Shown here: positions 31,573-42,670 of the stretch, piece after piece
Position numbering within the stretch: position 1 is the first letter of the stretch
Layout: each line of letters opens with the position of its first letter
DNA from: Candidatus Microgenomates bacterium
Lineage (GTDB): Bacteria > Patescibacteriota > Microgenomatia > UBA8517
Assembly: GCA_049523135.1 (NCBI GenBank)
Contig: JBEKNE010000001.1
Span: 542,809 to 606,808 of the forward strand
Reading direction: 5' to 3'
DNA length: 64,000 bases
The notes under the pieces: generated by a model
Seen by the model: the letters and a program-made list of their open reading frames with translations, nothing else
Told to the model about the DNA's origin: nothing
Databases searched by the model: none
Made by a program: the position numbers and the translations under genes

Positions 31573-34224
31573 ATGAATACAGATATCGGTAAAGTTCTCT
31601 CAACTGAAATAACCTCGGAACTCTCAACTTCTTACTTGGATTATGCAATGAGTGTAATCGTAGCTCGCGCCCTCCCGGACGTCAGGGACGGCCTTAAGCC
31701 GGTCCACAGACGCATCCTCTACGCAATGCACCTTATGGGGCTCCATTTCTCCCAATCAGGCACCACAAAGAGCGCCAAGGTCGTGGGAGAAGTCCTCGGA
31801 AAATACCATCCGCACGGAGATATGGCAGTTTATGATGCAATGGTCCGCTTGGCACAAACTTTTTCAATGCGCTATCCCTTAGTCCACGGACAGGGAAATT
31901 TCGGCTCCGTTGACGGAGATCCACCGGCAGCCATGCGTTATACGGAGGTTAAGCTGGCAAAAGCCGCCGATGCAATGCTTGCCGATATGGAAAAAGAGAC
32001 CGTTGACGTTGTTGATAATTTTGATGCCACTCTCAAAGAACCGGTTTACCTTCCCGCACTTCTTCCAAACTTGCTTTTGATGGGTTCCGAAGGAATTGCG
32101 GTCGGAATGGCAACCAAAATCCCGACTCATAATTTAAGCGAAGTTGTGGACGCTATCGTTGCAATGATAGAGGCGGGAAGAGTCACCAAAAATCAGGCGG
32201 TTGAAGGAACCGAAATAAAAACCAATGAAGAACACGCTGATTTTATTATTAAAAAGATTAATTTGGTTGCCTCGGGCGCCGAGAAAGCTTTAACTCAGGA
32301 AGAAGTTAACCCCAGTGAAATCAGTTTTGAAAGCGACATTACGATCGATGATCTTATTAAATACATTCCGGGTCCGGATTTCCCGACAGGCGGTGCAATT
32401 TATAATGCCGCATCTTTAAGCGAAGTTTATTCAACTGGCCGCGGAAAAATTGTTGTCAGGGGAATTGCCGAAATTACGGAAGGAGCCAAAGGCAAACAGC
32501 AAATTGTAATTACAGAACTCCCGTATCAAGTAAATAAAGCCGAACTTGTGGCTAAAATTGCAGATCTTGTCAAAGACAAAAAGATTGTGGGTATTTCGGA
32601 TCTCCGGGATGAGTCCGACAAAGACGGAATGAGGGTTGTAGTTGACCTGAAGCGGGACGCCAAACCGAAAGCAGTTCTAAACAATATCTTCAAACATACA
32701 AAACTTCAAACCAGTTTCCCCGCAAATTTTGTCGCACTTGTTGACGGAACACCTCATACCCTTAACCTCAAACAAATTTTAATTGAGTATGTAAAGCATA
32801 GACAAAAAGTTGTAACGAGAAGAACCATTTTTGATTTAACCGAAGCCAAGAAGCGAGCCCATATTTTGGAAGGGCTTAAAATTGCACTCGACAATCTTGA
32901 TGCCGTTATTAAAACGATAAGGGAAAGCAGAACTCAGGAAGATGCCAAGAAAAATTTAATTAGCCGGTTTGGTTTAAGCGAAATTCAGGCAACGGCAATA
33001 CTTGATATGCAACTAAGGCGCTTGGCCGCACTTGAACGCGAAAAAATAGAAAAGGAATATGAAGAAATAGAAAAGCTGATCAGTGAACTGACTGCAATTT
33101 TAAGAGATCCGAAAAAAGTTTTGGATATAATTGTTACTGAAATTAAAGAACTCAAAGAAAAATATGGGGACGGGCGCCGAACCAAAATTTATAAGCATGC
33201 TGTCGGGGAATTCAGCGAGGAAGATCTGGTTGCCAAGGAGGAAACTTTAATCACCGTAACCAAGACGGGTTATGTCAAAAGACTTTCCGCAAGCGCTTAC
33301 AGGGCCCAGAGGAGGGGAGGCAAAGGGGTAATCGGAATGACCACCAAAGAAGAAGATGAAATTGAACACCTCGTCGACGCCACAACTCATGATACTATCC
33401 TATTCTTTACAAATAAAGGCCGTGTTTTTGGTATTAAAGCTTGGGAAATTCCTGAAAGCTCACGACAGGCAAAGGGACAAGCTCTCGTCAACCTTCTAAA
33501 CCTTGAACAGGATGAAGAGATAAGGTCAATTCTTCCTCTTTCCAAAGAATCCGGTATTAAACACTTGATTATGGCAACCAAAACCGGAGTAATTAAAAAA
33601 ACATCAATAAGCGAATTTGATAATTTAAGAGCTTCGGGACTTATTGCAATAAAACTAAGAACTGATGACCAGCTTATTTCGGTTCATCCGACTACGGGAG
33701 ACGATCACATTATCCTTTTAACCAGAAATGCTAAATCAATAAGATTTCCGGAAGCAAATGTACGGCCAATGGGTAGGGCAACAACCGGAGTAACCGGAAT
33801 AAAACTCGAGAGCGGAGACGAACTTATCGGTATGGAAGTTTTTCCCGGAAAAGAATCAATTCCGGCCGATAAAAGAAGAAAATATTTCAGGGATATTCTT
33901 ACAATTGCCGAGAAAGGTCTTGGGAAGCGTACACCAATCCATCTTTTCCCCGTTCAAAAAAGGGCAGGCAAAGGAGTTAAAGCAGCGGTAGTCAGTCCCA
34001 AAACGGGGAATCTAAAGCTGGCAATTATGGTTACACAAAATTTCGATCAGGTGGTAATAACCAGCAGAATGGGACAGGTGATTAAGCTTCCCTTGAAAAA
34101 TCTTCCTCAACTCGGGCGCGCTACACAGGGAGTTATCCTCATGCGCTTTGCCGATAAAGATGATTCTGTTGCCGCCGCCGCCGTATTGGAAAAGGGAGGA
34201 GAAGACGAGGAAGAAACTTCATAA
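31573..34224 (+). CDS. gyrA: DNA gyrase subunit A
   Basis: [33 protein letters not shown] and the active-site Tyr region AAMRYTE; C-terminal beta-pinwheel repeats; 883 aa. Confidence 0.9.
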   Translation: MNTDIGKVLSTEITSELSTSYLDYAMSVIVARALPDVRDGLKPVHRRILYAMHLMGLHFSQSGTTKSAKVVGEVLGKYHPHGDMAVYDAMVRLAQTFSMRYPLVHGQGNFGSVDGDPPAAMRYTEVKLAKAADAMLADMEKETVDVVDNFDATLKEPVYLPALLPNLLLMGSEGIAVGMATKIPTHNLSEVVDAIVAMIEAGRVTKNQAVEGTEIKTNEEHADFIIKKINLVASGAEKALTQEEVNPSEISFESDITIDDLIKYIPGPDFPTGGAIYNAASLSEVYSTGRGKIVVRGIAEITEGAKGKQQIVITELPYQVNKAELVAKIADLVKDKKIVGISDLRDESDKDGMRVVVDLKRDAKPKAVLNNIFKHTKLQTSFPANFVALVDGTPHTLNLKQILIEYVKHRQKVVTRRTIFDLTEAKKRAHILEGLKIALDNLDAVIKTIRESRTQEDAKKNLISRFGLSEIQATAILDMQLRRLAALEREKIEKEYEEIEKLISELTAILRDPKKVLDIIVTEIKELKEKYGDGRRTKIYKHAVGEFSEEDLVAKEETLITVTKTGYVKRLSASAYRAQRRGGKGVIGMTTKEEDEIEHLVDATTHDTILFFTNKGRVFGIKAWEIPESSRQAKGQALVNLLNLEQDEEIRSILPLSKESGIKHLIMATKTGVIKKTSISEFDNLRASGLIAIKLRTDDQLISVHPTTGDDHIILLTRNAKSIRFPEANVRPMGRATTGVTGIKLESGDELIGMEVFPGKESIPADKRRKYFRDILTIAEKGLGKRTPIHLFPVQKRAGKGVKAAVVSPKTGNLKLAIMVTQNFDQVVITSRMGQVIKLPLKNLPQLGRATQGVILMRFADKDDSVAAAAVLEKGGEDEEETS

Positions 34225-34348
34225 CCTATGTTTTGACAATGAGCACGTTTTAAACTAAACTTCAACTCTGTCTAAAGCTCTTTAACTTCCGCCAACTGAC
34301 CAAAATTGCGGTCAGATAGTTCAGTTTATTCCCTGAAAGGAGGGAAAA

Positions 34349-34927
34349 ATGAAAACAAAGCGTTTGTTTATTGTATTATTTGTTTTGATTTTGGGAATAA
34401 TTGTCGGTTGTGCTCCGTCAGCTGCGCAAATTCAAGAGGCGATTGCCGAAACTCAAACTGCAGCGCCGACCATAACTCCGACAAATACCTTACAACCAAC
34501 ATCTACGCCTGTACCAACAACTGTCCCAACCAAAGCCGATATTCCAAATGAATGTTTAACCTTTGAGGCTGTTCAATATGTGCATGATTGGGGTGTACTT
34601 GATGATCGTTTTTCAACAATTTATGCGCAGAGCAATAACACCACCTCCGGTCTTTCAACATATGAAGTTGATATGCAGCAACTAATCCAAGATACAAAAG
34701 CCTTACAACCTCCTGAGTTGTTCAAAGCAATGAACAGTGTCTTCCTTTCCGAAGAAGAAGCTTATCAGAACTTTTTGAATGCCGAAGAAAATGGAGATAC
34801 AAAAACTGCAAATCAAATGATTCAGGAACAAGAAATGTATAACGGGTTAGGCCAGGCAGAGTGGAATAAGATCAATACCTATTGTAATGGTTTTAAACAG
34901 ACAACCGTTGGCGGTAGTAATACATAA
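34349..34927 (+). CDS. Putative lipoprotein
   Basis: Signal peptide with lipobox LGIIVGC|APS; Thr/Pro-rich linker. Confidence 0.45.
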   Translation: MKTKRLFIVLFVLILGIIVGCAPSAAQIQEAIAETQTAAPTITPTNTLQPTSTPVPTTVPTKADIPNECLTFEAVQYVHDWGVLDDRFSTIYAQSNNTTSGLSTYEVDMQQLIQDTKALQPPELFKAMNSVFLSEEEAYQNFLNAEENGDTKTANQMIQEQEMYNGLGQAEWNKINTYCNGFKQTTVGGSNT

Positions 34928-35009
34928 GAGCAGTTTGTCCCATAAGGGCTATTTTTCTTAATCAAAAGATAGCCCTTTTTTTATTTCATAAACATCATAT
35001 ATAATAAAA

Positions 35010-35771
35010 TTGATGCAAGAAGATAAAAAACAGCAAATAGGTCAGGTCTTTGGTTTGGTATTTTTCATTTTTATTCTTCTTTTTGTCTTTGCCAAGTGGG
35101 GACCTCCCATAAACTTTAATTCAATTACTCAAACCAAAGGAGAACCCTTGGTGGTTCAGGGAACCGGAAAATCTTTCGTCGCACCTGACATTGCAAAAGT
35201 TGATTTGGGAATTCAGGAAACAGGGGGAGACCTGAAAACCGTTGAGAATTCCGTTAACACAAAATCCCAAAATTTGGTTACCCAGATTGAAAAATTGGGA
35301 ATTGCAGAAAGTGATATCCAAACAATTTTATATAATGTTTATCCGCAATATGACTATACGGCACCAACCCAAGAAATAACCGGTTATCAGGTTTCCACCG
35401 AATATGAAGTTACCGTCCGCGACTTTACCAAAATTAACGATTTGTTGTCCACCTCTACAAGTGCTGGTGCAAATACCATTGGTAGTGTAACTTTTGATTT
35501 AAGCGACAATCTTAAAAATCAGAAGCTGCAAGAGGCCAGAGATGAAGCAGTTACTGAAGCGAAAACAAAAGCTACAGGGCTTGCCAAAGCCGCAGGAATA
35601 ACTTTAGGAAATATTATTAATGTTTCCGAGGAAACTCCGTCAAATGTTACACCCCTTATGCTTCCCGCTTCCGGCGGGGGAGTAACCGAAAAAACAGTTA
35701 CACCTCCCAGTATCCAATCCGGAACAACCGAAATAGACGTCACCGTTTCCCTCTCCTACGAAATTCGCTAA
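35010..35771 (+). CDS. SIMPL-domain (DUF541/BP26-like) membrane-anchored protein
   Basis: N-terminal TM, then ...VVQGTGKSFVAPDIAKVDLGIQETGGDLKTVENSVNTKSQNLVTQIEKLGIAESDIQT.., a pattern typical of the SIMPL family. Confidence 0.5.
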   Translation: MMQEDKKQQIGQVFGLVFFIFILLFVFAKWGPPINFNSITQTKGEPLVVQGTGKSFVAPDIAKVDLGIQETGGDLKTVENSVNTKSQNLVTQIEKLGIAESDIQTILYNVYPQYDYTAPTQEITGYQVSTEYEVTVRDFTKINDLLSTSTSAGANTIGSVTFDLSDNLKNQKLQEARDEAVTEAKTKATGLAKAAGITLGNIINVSEETPSNVTPLMLPASGGGVTEKTVTPPSIQSGTTEIDVTVSLSYEIR

Positions 35772-35846
35772 ATAATTTCCTTAGTTATACAATGTGTTTG
35801 CCTCTTTATTTTGATCGTACTTTAACTAAAAGGAAAGGAGAACAAA

Positions 35847-36566
35847 ATGAAAAAGGTGGTTCTATTAATCACCACCGTCTTACTGACAGCATGTGCTTCA
35901 GCGCAAAATATTTCTGCTACAGTTCTGCCAACAATGTCACAAATAACAGCTATAGTAACTGCAACACCAAATATAGTTACTGCAACACCGACTCAAGAAC
36001 CGACAGTAACGACAACCCCGATCCCGACCATAACCCCGACACCAAACGGAACATATATCGTTCAGTCGGGTGAGACGCTGGGCAAAATTGCCGCAAAATT
36101 TGGAATGCCCTACGGGTACTTGGCGGAAGAGAATAATATTCCCGACCCGAATCTGATTTATACAGGGCAGGTTTTAACTATTCCCATATGGCCTCCAATT
36201 CCCAAAACTGATAACGGCAAGCTCATAATTGTTATCTTGTCGCAACAAGAAGTTTACGTTTACCAAGACGGAACCCTGTTAAAAACTTTCATTGTTTCCA
36301 CTGGGGTTCCTCAGTATCCAACAGTTACAGGTCGCTACAAGATTTATGTCAAATACAAATCTGCAACTATGAGTGGCGACGGGTACTATCTGCCGGATGT
36401 GCCGTGGGTCATGTATTTTTACCAAGGATATGGCCTCCACGGAACTTACTGGCACCACAACTTCGGGCACCCGATGAGCCACGGCTGTGTCAATATGTAC
36501 ACACCGGACGCGGAATGGTTATTTAATTGGGCTGATGTAGGAACACCGGTATGGATCTATCTTTAA
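35847..36566 (+). CDS. LysM domain-containing L,D-transpeptidase (YkuD family) lipoprotein
   Basis: Lipobox LLTAC; LysM (YIVQSGETLGKIAAKFGMPYGYLAEENNIPDPNLIYTGQVLTIP); catalytic HGTYWHHNFGHPMSHGCVNM. Confidence 0.8.
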   Translation: MKKVVLLITTVLLTACASAQNISATVLPTMSQITAIVTATPNIVTATPTQEPTVTTTPIPTITPTPNGTYIVQSGETLGKIAAKFGMPYGYLAEENNIPDPNLIYTGQVLTIPIWPPIPKTDNGKLIIVILSQQEVYVYQDGTLLKTFIVSTGVPQYPTVTGRYKIYVKYKSATMSGDGYYLPDVPWVMYFYQGYGLHGTYWHHNFGHPMSHGCVNMYTPDAEWLFNWADVGTPVWIYL

Positions 36567-36594
36567 ATTTTTCTTTATATAAAGAGGCAAATTT

Positions 36595-36641
36595 GAGGGA
36601 ACCTAAAGGTTTACATAATTGTTAACTTCGATGGTTCCCTC
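36595..36641. terminator. Candidate bidirectional terminator between convergent genes
   Basis: Perfect 9-bp inverted repeat GAGGGAACC (36595-36603) with GGTTCCCTC (36633-36641), flanked by T-rich tracts on both strands. Confidence 0.35.
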
Positions 36642-36664
36642 AAGTAATTTTTCTTCTCAGTCAT

Positions 36665-37213
36665 TCAGGATTTTAAAAATTCTTTAAACTCTTCAATGTA
36701 GAAATATTCGTGATCATCTCTGGGTTTAGAAATTACAATTATTTTTGGATCAACTCCTGACAAGAAATTTTTGGCCTGATCAAAATTTCCATGAGGATCG
36801 TTTTCATTTTGGAAACAAACAATATTTTCTGGAGCCATTAATTTTAAAGCCGACTTTAATACTTCTTTATCTTTCTCGTCTAAGTCGTTTAGACAAATCC
36901 CGTTAAGAATTACTTTCCTGATTTTTTCCGGACTTTTTTGAATAATATAACCGGCAACCAAAGTTCCAATCGACTTGGCAATAATGTCGACCATTCTTTT
37001 TCCTGCGACACTATCGATAAGTTGGGCTTTTTGAGAAGCTATAAATTTCTTATCCAGATTTTCCCAATGATCCCAGTAAATAGGCCTTATTTCACCATCA
37101 GAATTTATCCTTTTAGCTGTTTCTTCCAGCCATTTTTTATTGCTGGAAGAATACCCCGGTAAAATTATTGTTACCACAAAATGATTATAACACCCTTGAC
37201 ATAAGGGGCACAT
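36665..37213 (-). CDS. Alpha/beta-hydrolase-fold protein (YdeN/RBBP9-like serine hydrolase)
   Basis: VVTIILPGYSSS, and a GxSxG-like AKSIG nucleophile elbow. Confidence 0.35.
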   Translation of the reverse strand: MCPLCQGCYNHFVVTIILPGYSSSNKKWLEETAKRINSDGEIRPIYWDHWENLDKKFIASQKAQLIDSVAGKRMVDIIAKSIGTLVAGYIIQKSPEKIRKVILNGICLNDLDEKDKEVLKSALKLMAPENIVCFQNENDPHGNFDQAKNFLSGVDPKIIVISKPRDDHEYFYIEEFKEFLKS

Positions 37214-37300
37214 AAGTTAAAATAACTCCAGATATCAAGAGTGCGGGGAAGGACTTAGCCTGATGATCCGCCGACAACCTGGAAGTAAAGGCTTCGAAAG

Positions 37301-38386
37301 GTGCCAAAGCTAAAAAACGATATGAGTAAAAACATCTTCTTAGATAGTTTTAAAAATTATACCGTAGAATCCGTAACTAGTGGTCATCCGGATAAAATCT
37401 GCGATCAGGTTTCCGATGCAATTCTTGATGAATGTTTAAGACAAGACCCCAAAAGCCGTGTTGCTATAGAGAGTTTCGGAAGTCACGGACTTTTTGTCAT
37501 CGGTGGAGAAGTCACAACACGTGCCAAATTCGATGCCGCCAAAATCGCCACAAAAGTTTACAAGGATACAGGGCACACCGACAAACTAAAAATCATTACA
37601 AATGTAGTCAAACAGTCTCCCGATATTGCCTTGGGGGTTGATACCGGTGGAGCAGGGGACCAGGGAATTATGTATGGGTTTGCCACGGATGAAACTCCGG
37701 AATATTTGCCACGGGCAGTAGCCCTGGTTCATAAACTAACACGCGGATTGGAAGATCTGCGAAGAAGCAAAAAGATTAAGTGGTTACTGCCCGACGGCAA
37801 AGCCCAGATAACAATGCAAAATGGAAAAATTAAAACAGTTTTGGTTTCGACTCAACACAAAAAGGGAATTCCCATAGAAACCATCCGACGCGAAATCACA
37901 AATAAATTAATTAAAAGGGTGGTGGGGGATACAAAAGGTATCAATATTTTGGTCAATCCTACGGGTAGATTTGAAGTCGGAGGATTTATGGGAGATACGG
38001 GATTAACCGGCAGAAAAATTATGGTTGACACATATGGTGGGCTTGTCCCTCACGGCGGTGGATGTTTTTCCGGCAAAGATCCGACAAAGGTAGATAGAAG
38101 CGGCGCCTACATGTGCAGATTTGTTGCCAAAAATTTGGTTGCTAAAGGACTTGGAAAAAGTGTTCTTGTATCGGTAGCCTATGCAATCGGAAAAGCCGAT
38201 CCTTTAATGATTAATGCCGAAAATGAAAAAGGTAAAGATTTAACGCTTTATGTTAAAAAACATTACGATTTCAGACCCTTGGCAATTATCGAAAAACTAG
38301 ATTTGAGAAGACCGATTTATCAAGCAACCGCTTCATATGGCCACTTTGGCCGTAAAGGTTTTCCTTGGGAAGAAATTGAAAACTAA
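37301..38386 (+). CDS. metK: S-adenosylmethionine synthetase
   Basis: GHPDKICDQVSDAILD and HGGGCFSGKDPTKVDRSGAY are the MAT signatures. Confidence 0.85.
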   Translation: MPKLKNDMSKNIFLDSFKNYTVESVTSGHPDKICDQVSDAILDECLRQDPKSRVAIESFGSHGLFVIGGEVTTRAKFDAAKIATKVYKDTGHTDKLKIITNVVKQSPDIALGVDTGGAGDQGIMYGFATDETPEYLPRAVALVHKLTRGLEDLRRSKKIKWLLPDGKAQITMQNGKIKTVLVSTQHKKGIPIETIRREITNKLIKRVVGDTKGINILVNPTGRFEVGGFMGDTGLTGRKIMVDTYGGLVPHGGGCFSGKDPTKVDRSGAYMCRFVAKNLVAKGLGKSVLVSVAYAIGKADPLMINAENEKGKDLTLYVKKHYDFRPLAIIEKLDLRRPIYQATASYGHFGRKGFPWEEIEN

Positions 38387-38592
38387 CCAATAGTTTCTTT
38401 ATTTAAAGAATAATATTCAGGATTCTGCAAGTGTTTTAGTCTAATTTTTTCCCACATTGCTTCCATAGCGTCTCCGGTAAGTACCATTCCTTCAATAGAT
38501 TGTCCGCATTCCGAGCAAATTATTGCTTCATCGGGCACTTTGCCTTCAAAACCGCAGTTTGTACATTCAGCATCATGTGTAGTTCTACTCAT
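38383..38592 (-). CDS. Zinc-ribbon small protein
   Basis: CTNCGFEG...CSECGQ, two CxxCG pairs; 69 aa. Confidence 0.4.
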   Translation of the reverse strand: MSRTTHDAECTNCGFEGKVPDEAIICSECGQSIEGMVLTGDAMEAMWEKIRLKHLQNPEYYSLNKETIG

Positions 38593-38610
38593 AAGGCGTC
38601 AATTATAGCA

Positions 38611-40827
38611 TTACTTTCCCCCTTTTCCATGGAAGGCTTCATGAACATCACGAAGTTGTTTATTTGTAACATGTGTATAAATCTGTGTTGTTGAAATATT
38701 TTTGTGTCCCAGCATTTCCTGAACGCTTCTTATATCAGCCCCTGCCATAAGGAGATCGGTTGCAAAAGAATTATGACTTACTATTCCATCAGTTATTAAA
38801 TTTTGAGCAGGGGAGACTGTAAAATCAAAAACACTATATCTATTAAACGGTAACTTTTTGATTTTTTTGACTTTTAACCATTTCAAATTTTCTGCATTAT
38901 AAATATTTTTAAGTAGTTTAAATTCTTTACCGTTATAGCCAAACTTATCGATTTGCCTGATAAATTTTGCAACCGTCGATTTCATAGGCACCATGTCATT
39001 TAAGTTTCTATTCGATTTGATATTTTCATTATGAGAAAGAGCGTATCTAAAACCAGTTCTTCCGTTCTTTTCCAAATTCTTAAAAATCGAGTTTAAGATA
39101 CCCTGTACCGGAATTTTTTCATCTTCCCAAATAGAAGAATCTCTTAATGTTCCTTTTTTAAGTGTTGGAATTAGTTTAATAAATGATCTTTGATCCTCTT
39201 TACCAATCACTTGTAACGTATAAAAATTATGACGAAAATATTTTCCTTGCGGAAGCTTTACTATCCTGTCTCGCACCATAAGATGTGCATCAATCCCAAG
39301 TCTAAGTAACAACATTTGAACATCTTTTAACAAATCTTTCGAAGATGAAAAAAATCTTGGAGCGTCATTGGAATTTCCTTCCGCATCATAAAAACCAGCA
39401 ATAAATCCCATTATTTCATCTCTGGTAGCATTCATTATCTGATGGGGAACACGTTTCAGATTTAAATGCACACCCATCCCTAAACCAAGCAAAAATTCTA
39501 CAAACTGTTCAGAATAATAGTTAAGTCTATATGAATTCGTTTCGGGATTTTTTTCGATTTTAGCATTACCTTTAAATTTTTCTATAATAATTCTTTGATA
39601 AAATTCAAGGTTTTTTCTATCCTTATCATAAATTATTACACCCCGTCTTACTTTACTTACAACTCCATCTCCCAAAATATAACCAACAAGCCTTGCCAAT
39701 GCCGGATCCATAATTCTAATTCCGGGAAAATCAACTTTTTTAACTCCGACAATATAATTACCGACCTTCAAATTGGATATTTTAATTTCTCTAATTTCGC
39801 TGTTTGATAATGTAAAGACTCTATGTGTGCCAGAACATACCAATTCATATCCGTCCGCCCAAACCGAATATAAATCCGATATGTGATACTCCTTCCCAAT
39901 TACTTTCGAATCTACAACTCTGCCGGTTTTAAAATCGACACCAAATATTTCGTCTTTTTCTTCATAGTAGGCGTCCCTCGCAGATTGTATTTCATTTCCG
40001 AGGAAGATCCTTGTGTCAGGATGTAAACAGTGCCTCATCACATGAGGTGTAACTTCAATCGGCAGTTTCATTTTATGAGAATATTTTTTTACCATTCTCT
40101 GAACCGATCGGGGAGTTAGACGCATTTTTTCACCGCTTGTTGTCGGATCAACCTTGCCTTTGTGATGTATAAAAAGCGGTTTGTAGTGATCATCGCGTTC
40201 ACTGAGATATTTGATAAGCCAATCGGCCGCCCGCTGTGATAGAAACACAACCCTGGCCTTTCCCCCTTTTCCGATTATTCCAAACTCCCGCCTGTCCAAA
40301 TCAATTTTGTCACGGTCCAGCTTACAAAGTTCCGAAACACGAAGTCCAGTAGAAAAAAGCACTTCCAAAATTGCCTTATCTCTCTTTCCCTGAATAGAAT
40401 CAAGTGAGGGTGCATTAAGAAGTCTGTCCACCTGTTCGCCGTTTAAAAATTTAACAGACCTCTCTTCAATTTTCGGAAGTTCAATTTTATCAGGAGCCAT
40501 TACCGCATAATCGTTTTTGAGAAGCCATTTTAGAAAACTTCTCATTGCAATAACGTGATAGCTTTGAGTCCGCCTGCCCATTAGGGCTTTTCCTTCTCCG
40601 GGAAGGTTTGAAAGATAAACTCTAAAACTTCTGATAACTTCAGGGTTAATATCTTTCAGGTCTTCCCGAATACCCTGTGAACTCATCCATTTAATAAAAC
40701 GCGTCAGATAATGTCGATAGTTTCTGATCGTTAGGGGAGAGCAGCCTTTTTCAACTTGAAGATATTCCAAAAACTGGTCTACTTTTTTGGCTATCTCACT
40801 TTGATTGATTGGTGCAGTATCAACCAT
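38611..40827 (-). CDS. XerC/XerD-family tyrosine recombinase interrupted in-frame by an intein
   Basis: N-terminal core-binding domain ([26 protein letters not shown]); catalytic box PHVMRH|[intein]|[34 protein letters not shown]. The exteins reconstitute the canonical HxxRHSFAT...GH..I.TTQIYTH. Confidence 0.8.
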   Translation of the reverse strand: MVDTAPINQSEIAKKVDQFLEYLQVEKGCSPLTIRNYRHYLTRFIKWMSSQGIREDLKDINPEVIRSFRVYLSNLPGEGKALMGRRTQSYHVIAMRSFLKWLLKNDYAVMAPDKIELPKIEERSVKFLNGEQVDRLLNAPSLDSIQGKRDKAILEVLFSTGLRVSELCKLDRDKIDLDRREFGIIGKGGKARVVFLSQRAADWLIKYLSERDDHYKPLFIHHKGKVDPTTSGEKMRLTPRSVQRMVKKYSHKMKLPIEVTPHVMRHCLHPDTRIFLGNEIQSARDAYYEEKDEIFGVDFKTGRVVDSKVIGKEYHISDLYSVWADGYELVCSGTHRVFTLSNSEIREIKISNLKVGNYIVGVKKVDFPGIRIMDPALARLVGYILGDGVVSKVRRGVIIYDKDRKNLEFYQRIIIEKFKGNAKIEKNPETNSYRLNYYSEQFVEFLLGLGMGVHLNLKRVPHQIMNATRDEIMGFIAGFYDAEGNSNDAPRFFSSSKDLLKDVQMLLLRLGIDAHLMVRDRIVKLPQGKYFRHNFYTLQVIGKEDQRSFIKLIPTLKKGTLRDSSIWEDEKIPVQGILNSIFKNLEKNGRTGFRYALSHNENIKSNRNLNDMVPMKSTVAKFIRQIDKFGYNGKEFKLLKNIYNAENLKWLKVKKIKKLPFNRYSVFDFTVSPAQNLITDGIVSHNSFATDLLMAGADIRSVQEMLGHKNISTTQIYTHVTNKQLRDVHEAFHGKGGK
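38770..40029 (-). mobile_element. Intein (420 aa) with LAGLIDADG homing endonuclease inside the tyrosine recombinase active site
   Basis: Block [14 protein letters not shown]; block B SGTHRVFT; LAGLIDADG motifs [12 protein letters not shown] and [12 protein letters not shown]; block [25 protein letters not shown] followed by a +1 Ser. Boundaries were computed from codon positions (Cys 40029-40027, Asn 38772-38770). Confidence 0.75.
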
Positions 40828-40879
40828 TTATAAATTGATATTACATTGGAGAACTTAACGTGTCAATGAGATTGTGCGA

Positions 40880-41620
40880 CTAACCAATTACTTTTTCTAT
40901 TGCATTCAGCAATGGATACATTGCCTGAAGTTCATCAGGAAATCTCTTAATTTCAACCAACCGCTTGTGTCGAAAGTCGGATTTAGTTTTACCTTGAAGA
41001 ACATTGATAACAAGGCTGTTAGTGATATTTTCAAGAGCGGATTTTACAAACCTAATGTCATCATCTATAAATACGATCCAAGGAGCTTTGGCGGCAAGTC
41101 TTGCAAGGCTATCGGTTTTGAAAAGTACGCCATCTATTTTTGCATTGCTATCATCACGGATCAAAATATTTTCAGTTCTAAATAATTTTGGTAGTTCGCG
41201 GGGAAACCATTTGTTGACCGTACAGTCTTTAAGTCCAGGATTTCGAGAGGTAAGAACAAAATTTCTTTCAGGTCCGTAGTACCGAATTGTCTTTTCAACC
41301 AATGGTTTTATATAAAGGTATCTGTGAGCTGATAATAATATATCCTGTTTATACCATCCGTCTTCGGCGTGTTTAATAGACTCTTCATCAAGTCCGCTCT
41401 TGGTAGCAAGTCTAGTTAAATATCCGCGTTCATCAAGTTCAACAGGACTCGCATATATGCCGGTTTTTTCTGTAAAATTTTCGAAAACAGCTTTTGCAGA
41501 ATTTGCCAAAATTCCGTCAATGTCATAAACAAAAACGGTTTGCCGGTTTTGCAAAACATTTTCAAATAATTCTTTGTCACCGGTAAATAAATTTTCAAGA
41601 CGGTAAGGACATCTTTCCAT
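40880..41620 (-). CDS. HAD-superfamily hydrolase, 5'(3')-deoxyribonucleotidase-like
   Basis: HAD motif I VYDIDGILANS and a C-terminal VFIDDD. Confidence 0.45.
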   Translation of the reverse strand: MERCPYRLENLFTGDKELFENVLQNRQTVFVYDIDGILANSAKAVFENFTEKTGIYASPVELDERGYLTRLATKSGLDEESIKHAEDGWYKQDILLSAHRYLYIKPLVEKTIRYYGPERNFVLTSRNPGLKDCTVNKWFPRELPKLFRTENILIRDDSNAKIDGVLFKTDSLARLAAKAPWIVFIDDDIRFVKSALENITNSLVINVLQGKTKSDFRHKRLVEIKRFPDELQAMYPLLNAIEKVIG

Positions 41621-41668
41621 GAATTGTCCTTTTTAACACAAAAAAGCATTAAAATCCATACCAGCCTC

Positions 41669-41700
41669 AAAAACGGCCTTACTAAATCGATTTTAAGGCC
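41669..41700 (-). terminator. Rho-independent terminator (minus strand) downstream of the homing endonuclease gene
   Basis: On the minus strand, GGCCTTA-aaatcgatttag-TAAGGCC followed by GTTTTT. Confidence 0.5.
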
Positions 41701-41986
41701 TGTCCAACTCAAAAGACGATACATTATTCATCTTAATAATTCCGTGTTTTCGGAAAAAACCAGTACTTACAAAAAACAGGGGAGTAACAAAAAAGGGTTA
41801 AAAATTCGAATTTCGGTCTTTATTCGGAAAGGGGTTTTTAGAGATATTTTGGAAATAGAGTATATAAATAAAAAAACGCGACATCAAAACAATTAAAAAT
41901 ACGGGAACCAGGTGAAACAATAGAAAAACACGTCTCCCTCTCACAGCTTTAATCAACGTCGCAAAAGTTACATTGTACGAACAATA

Positions 41987-42484
41987 TTAATTCCACTTAA
42001 AGTCCTTCTCTTTACTCTTATATGACTTCATCTCCATTCGTATCTCTTGAAGTCTTTCAATGTTATCTCTATTCCACTCAACTTTGACAAATCCTTTCTT
42101 ACCCCTCTCAAGATTGACTCCTTTCTTCTTGTTTCTAGCGATTATCTCCACTGCTTCCTTCCATAAATTAAAGTCTTTTGCTTTTTTCCCATACAATTTA
42201 TGGAGACTGAAAAAAGGAATAATTTTATTCAGTAGATCATCAGTATTCTGAACTTGATAACGTACAAAAGTGCTTGAATAACTTATATCTCCACAGGCCA
42301 ACCCATCCTTAATCATTTTCAGAAGGTCGGCATCATCAGCCCTAAGCACGATAGCAAAGACAGCATGCCATCTAAAATACATGGGCGAGTTTATACGATT
42401 TTTCTTTAAATCCTGTCTAAAATTCAAGGAGAAGCAACCTTCACCGTCAACCAAACCAGAAACATAATCAAGGGGTAGGATCAT
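41987..42484 (-). CDS. Free-standing LAGLIDADG homing endonuclease (single-motif, I-CreI-like)
   Basis: MILPLDYVSGLVDGEGCFSL carries one LAGLIDADG motif; 165 aa; basic C-terminus. Confidence 0.75.
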   Translation of the reverse strand: MILPLDYVSGLVDGEGCFSLNFRQDLKKNRINSPMYFRWHAVFAIVLRADDADLLKMIKDGLACGDISYSSTFVRYQVQNTDDLLNKIIPFFSLHKLYGKKAKDFNLWKEAVEIIARNKKKGVNLERGKKGFVKVEWNRDNIERLQEIRMEMKSYKSKEKDFKWN

Positions 42485-42638
42485 ATAATTTAATTATATT
42501 AGAAAAATATATACTTATCCACAATGTATGCATAAAGGGAAGCAAAACATTACTACCAAGGCTGACAACTATATCAAACTATATGAATCCTCCGGAACTG
42601 GGCTTCGGTGTTTCTTCGAGCGGCGCTTTGTGTCGCAA

Positions 42639-42670
42639 TTCGTGAAAAGACCCATAATATTTCGTGAAAA
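42639..42670. promoter_or_regulatory. Direct repeat TTCGTGAAAA x2 (22-nt spacing) in the non-coding region upstream of the homing endonuclease
   Basis: TTCGTGAAAAG at 42639-42649 and TTCGTGAAAA at 42661-42670, within a 300-nt GC-enriched stretch. Confidence 0.3.
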
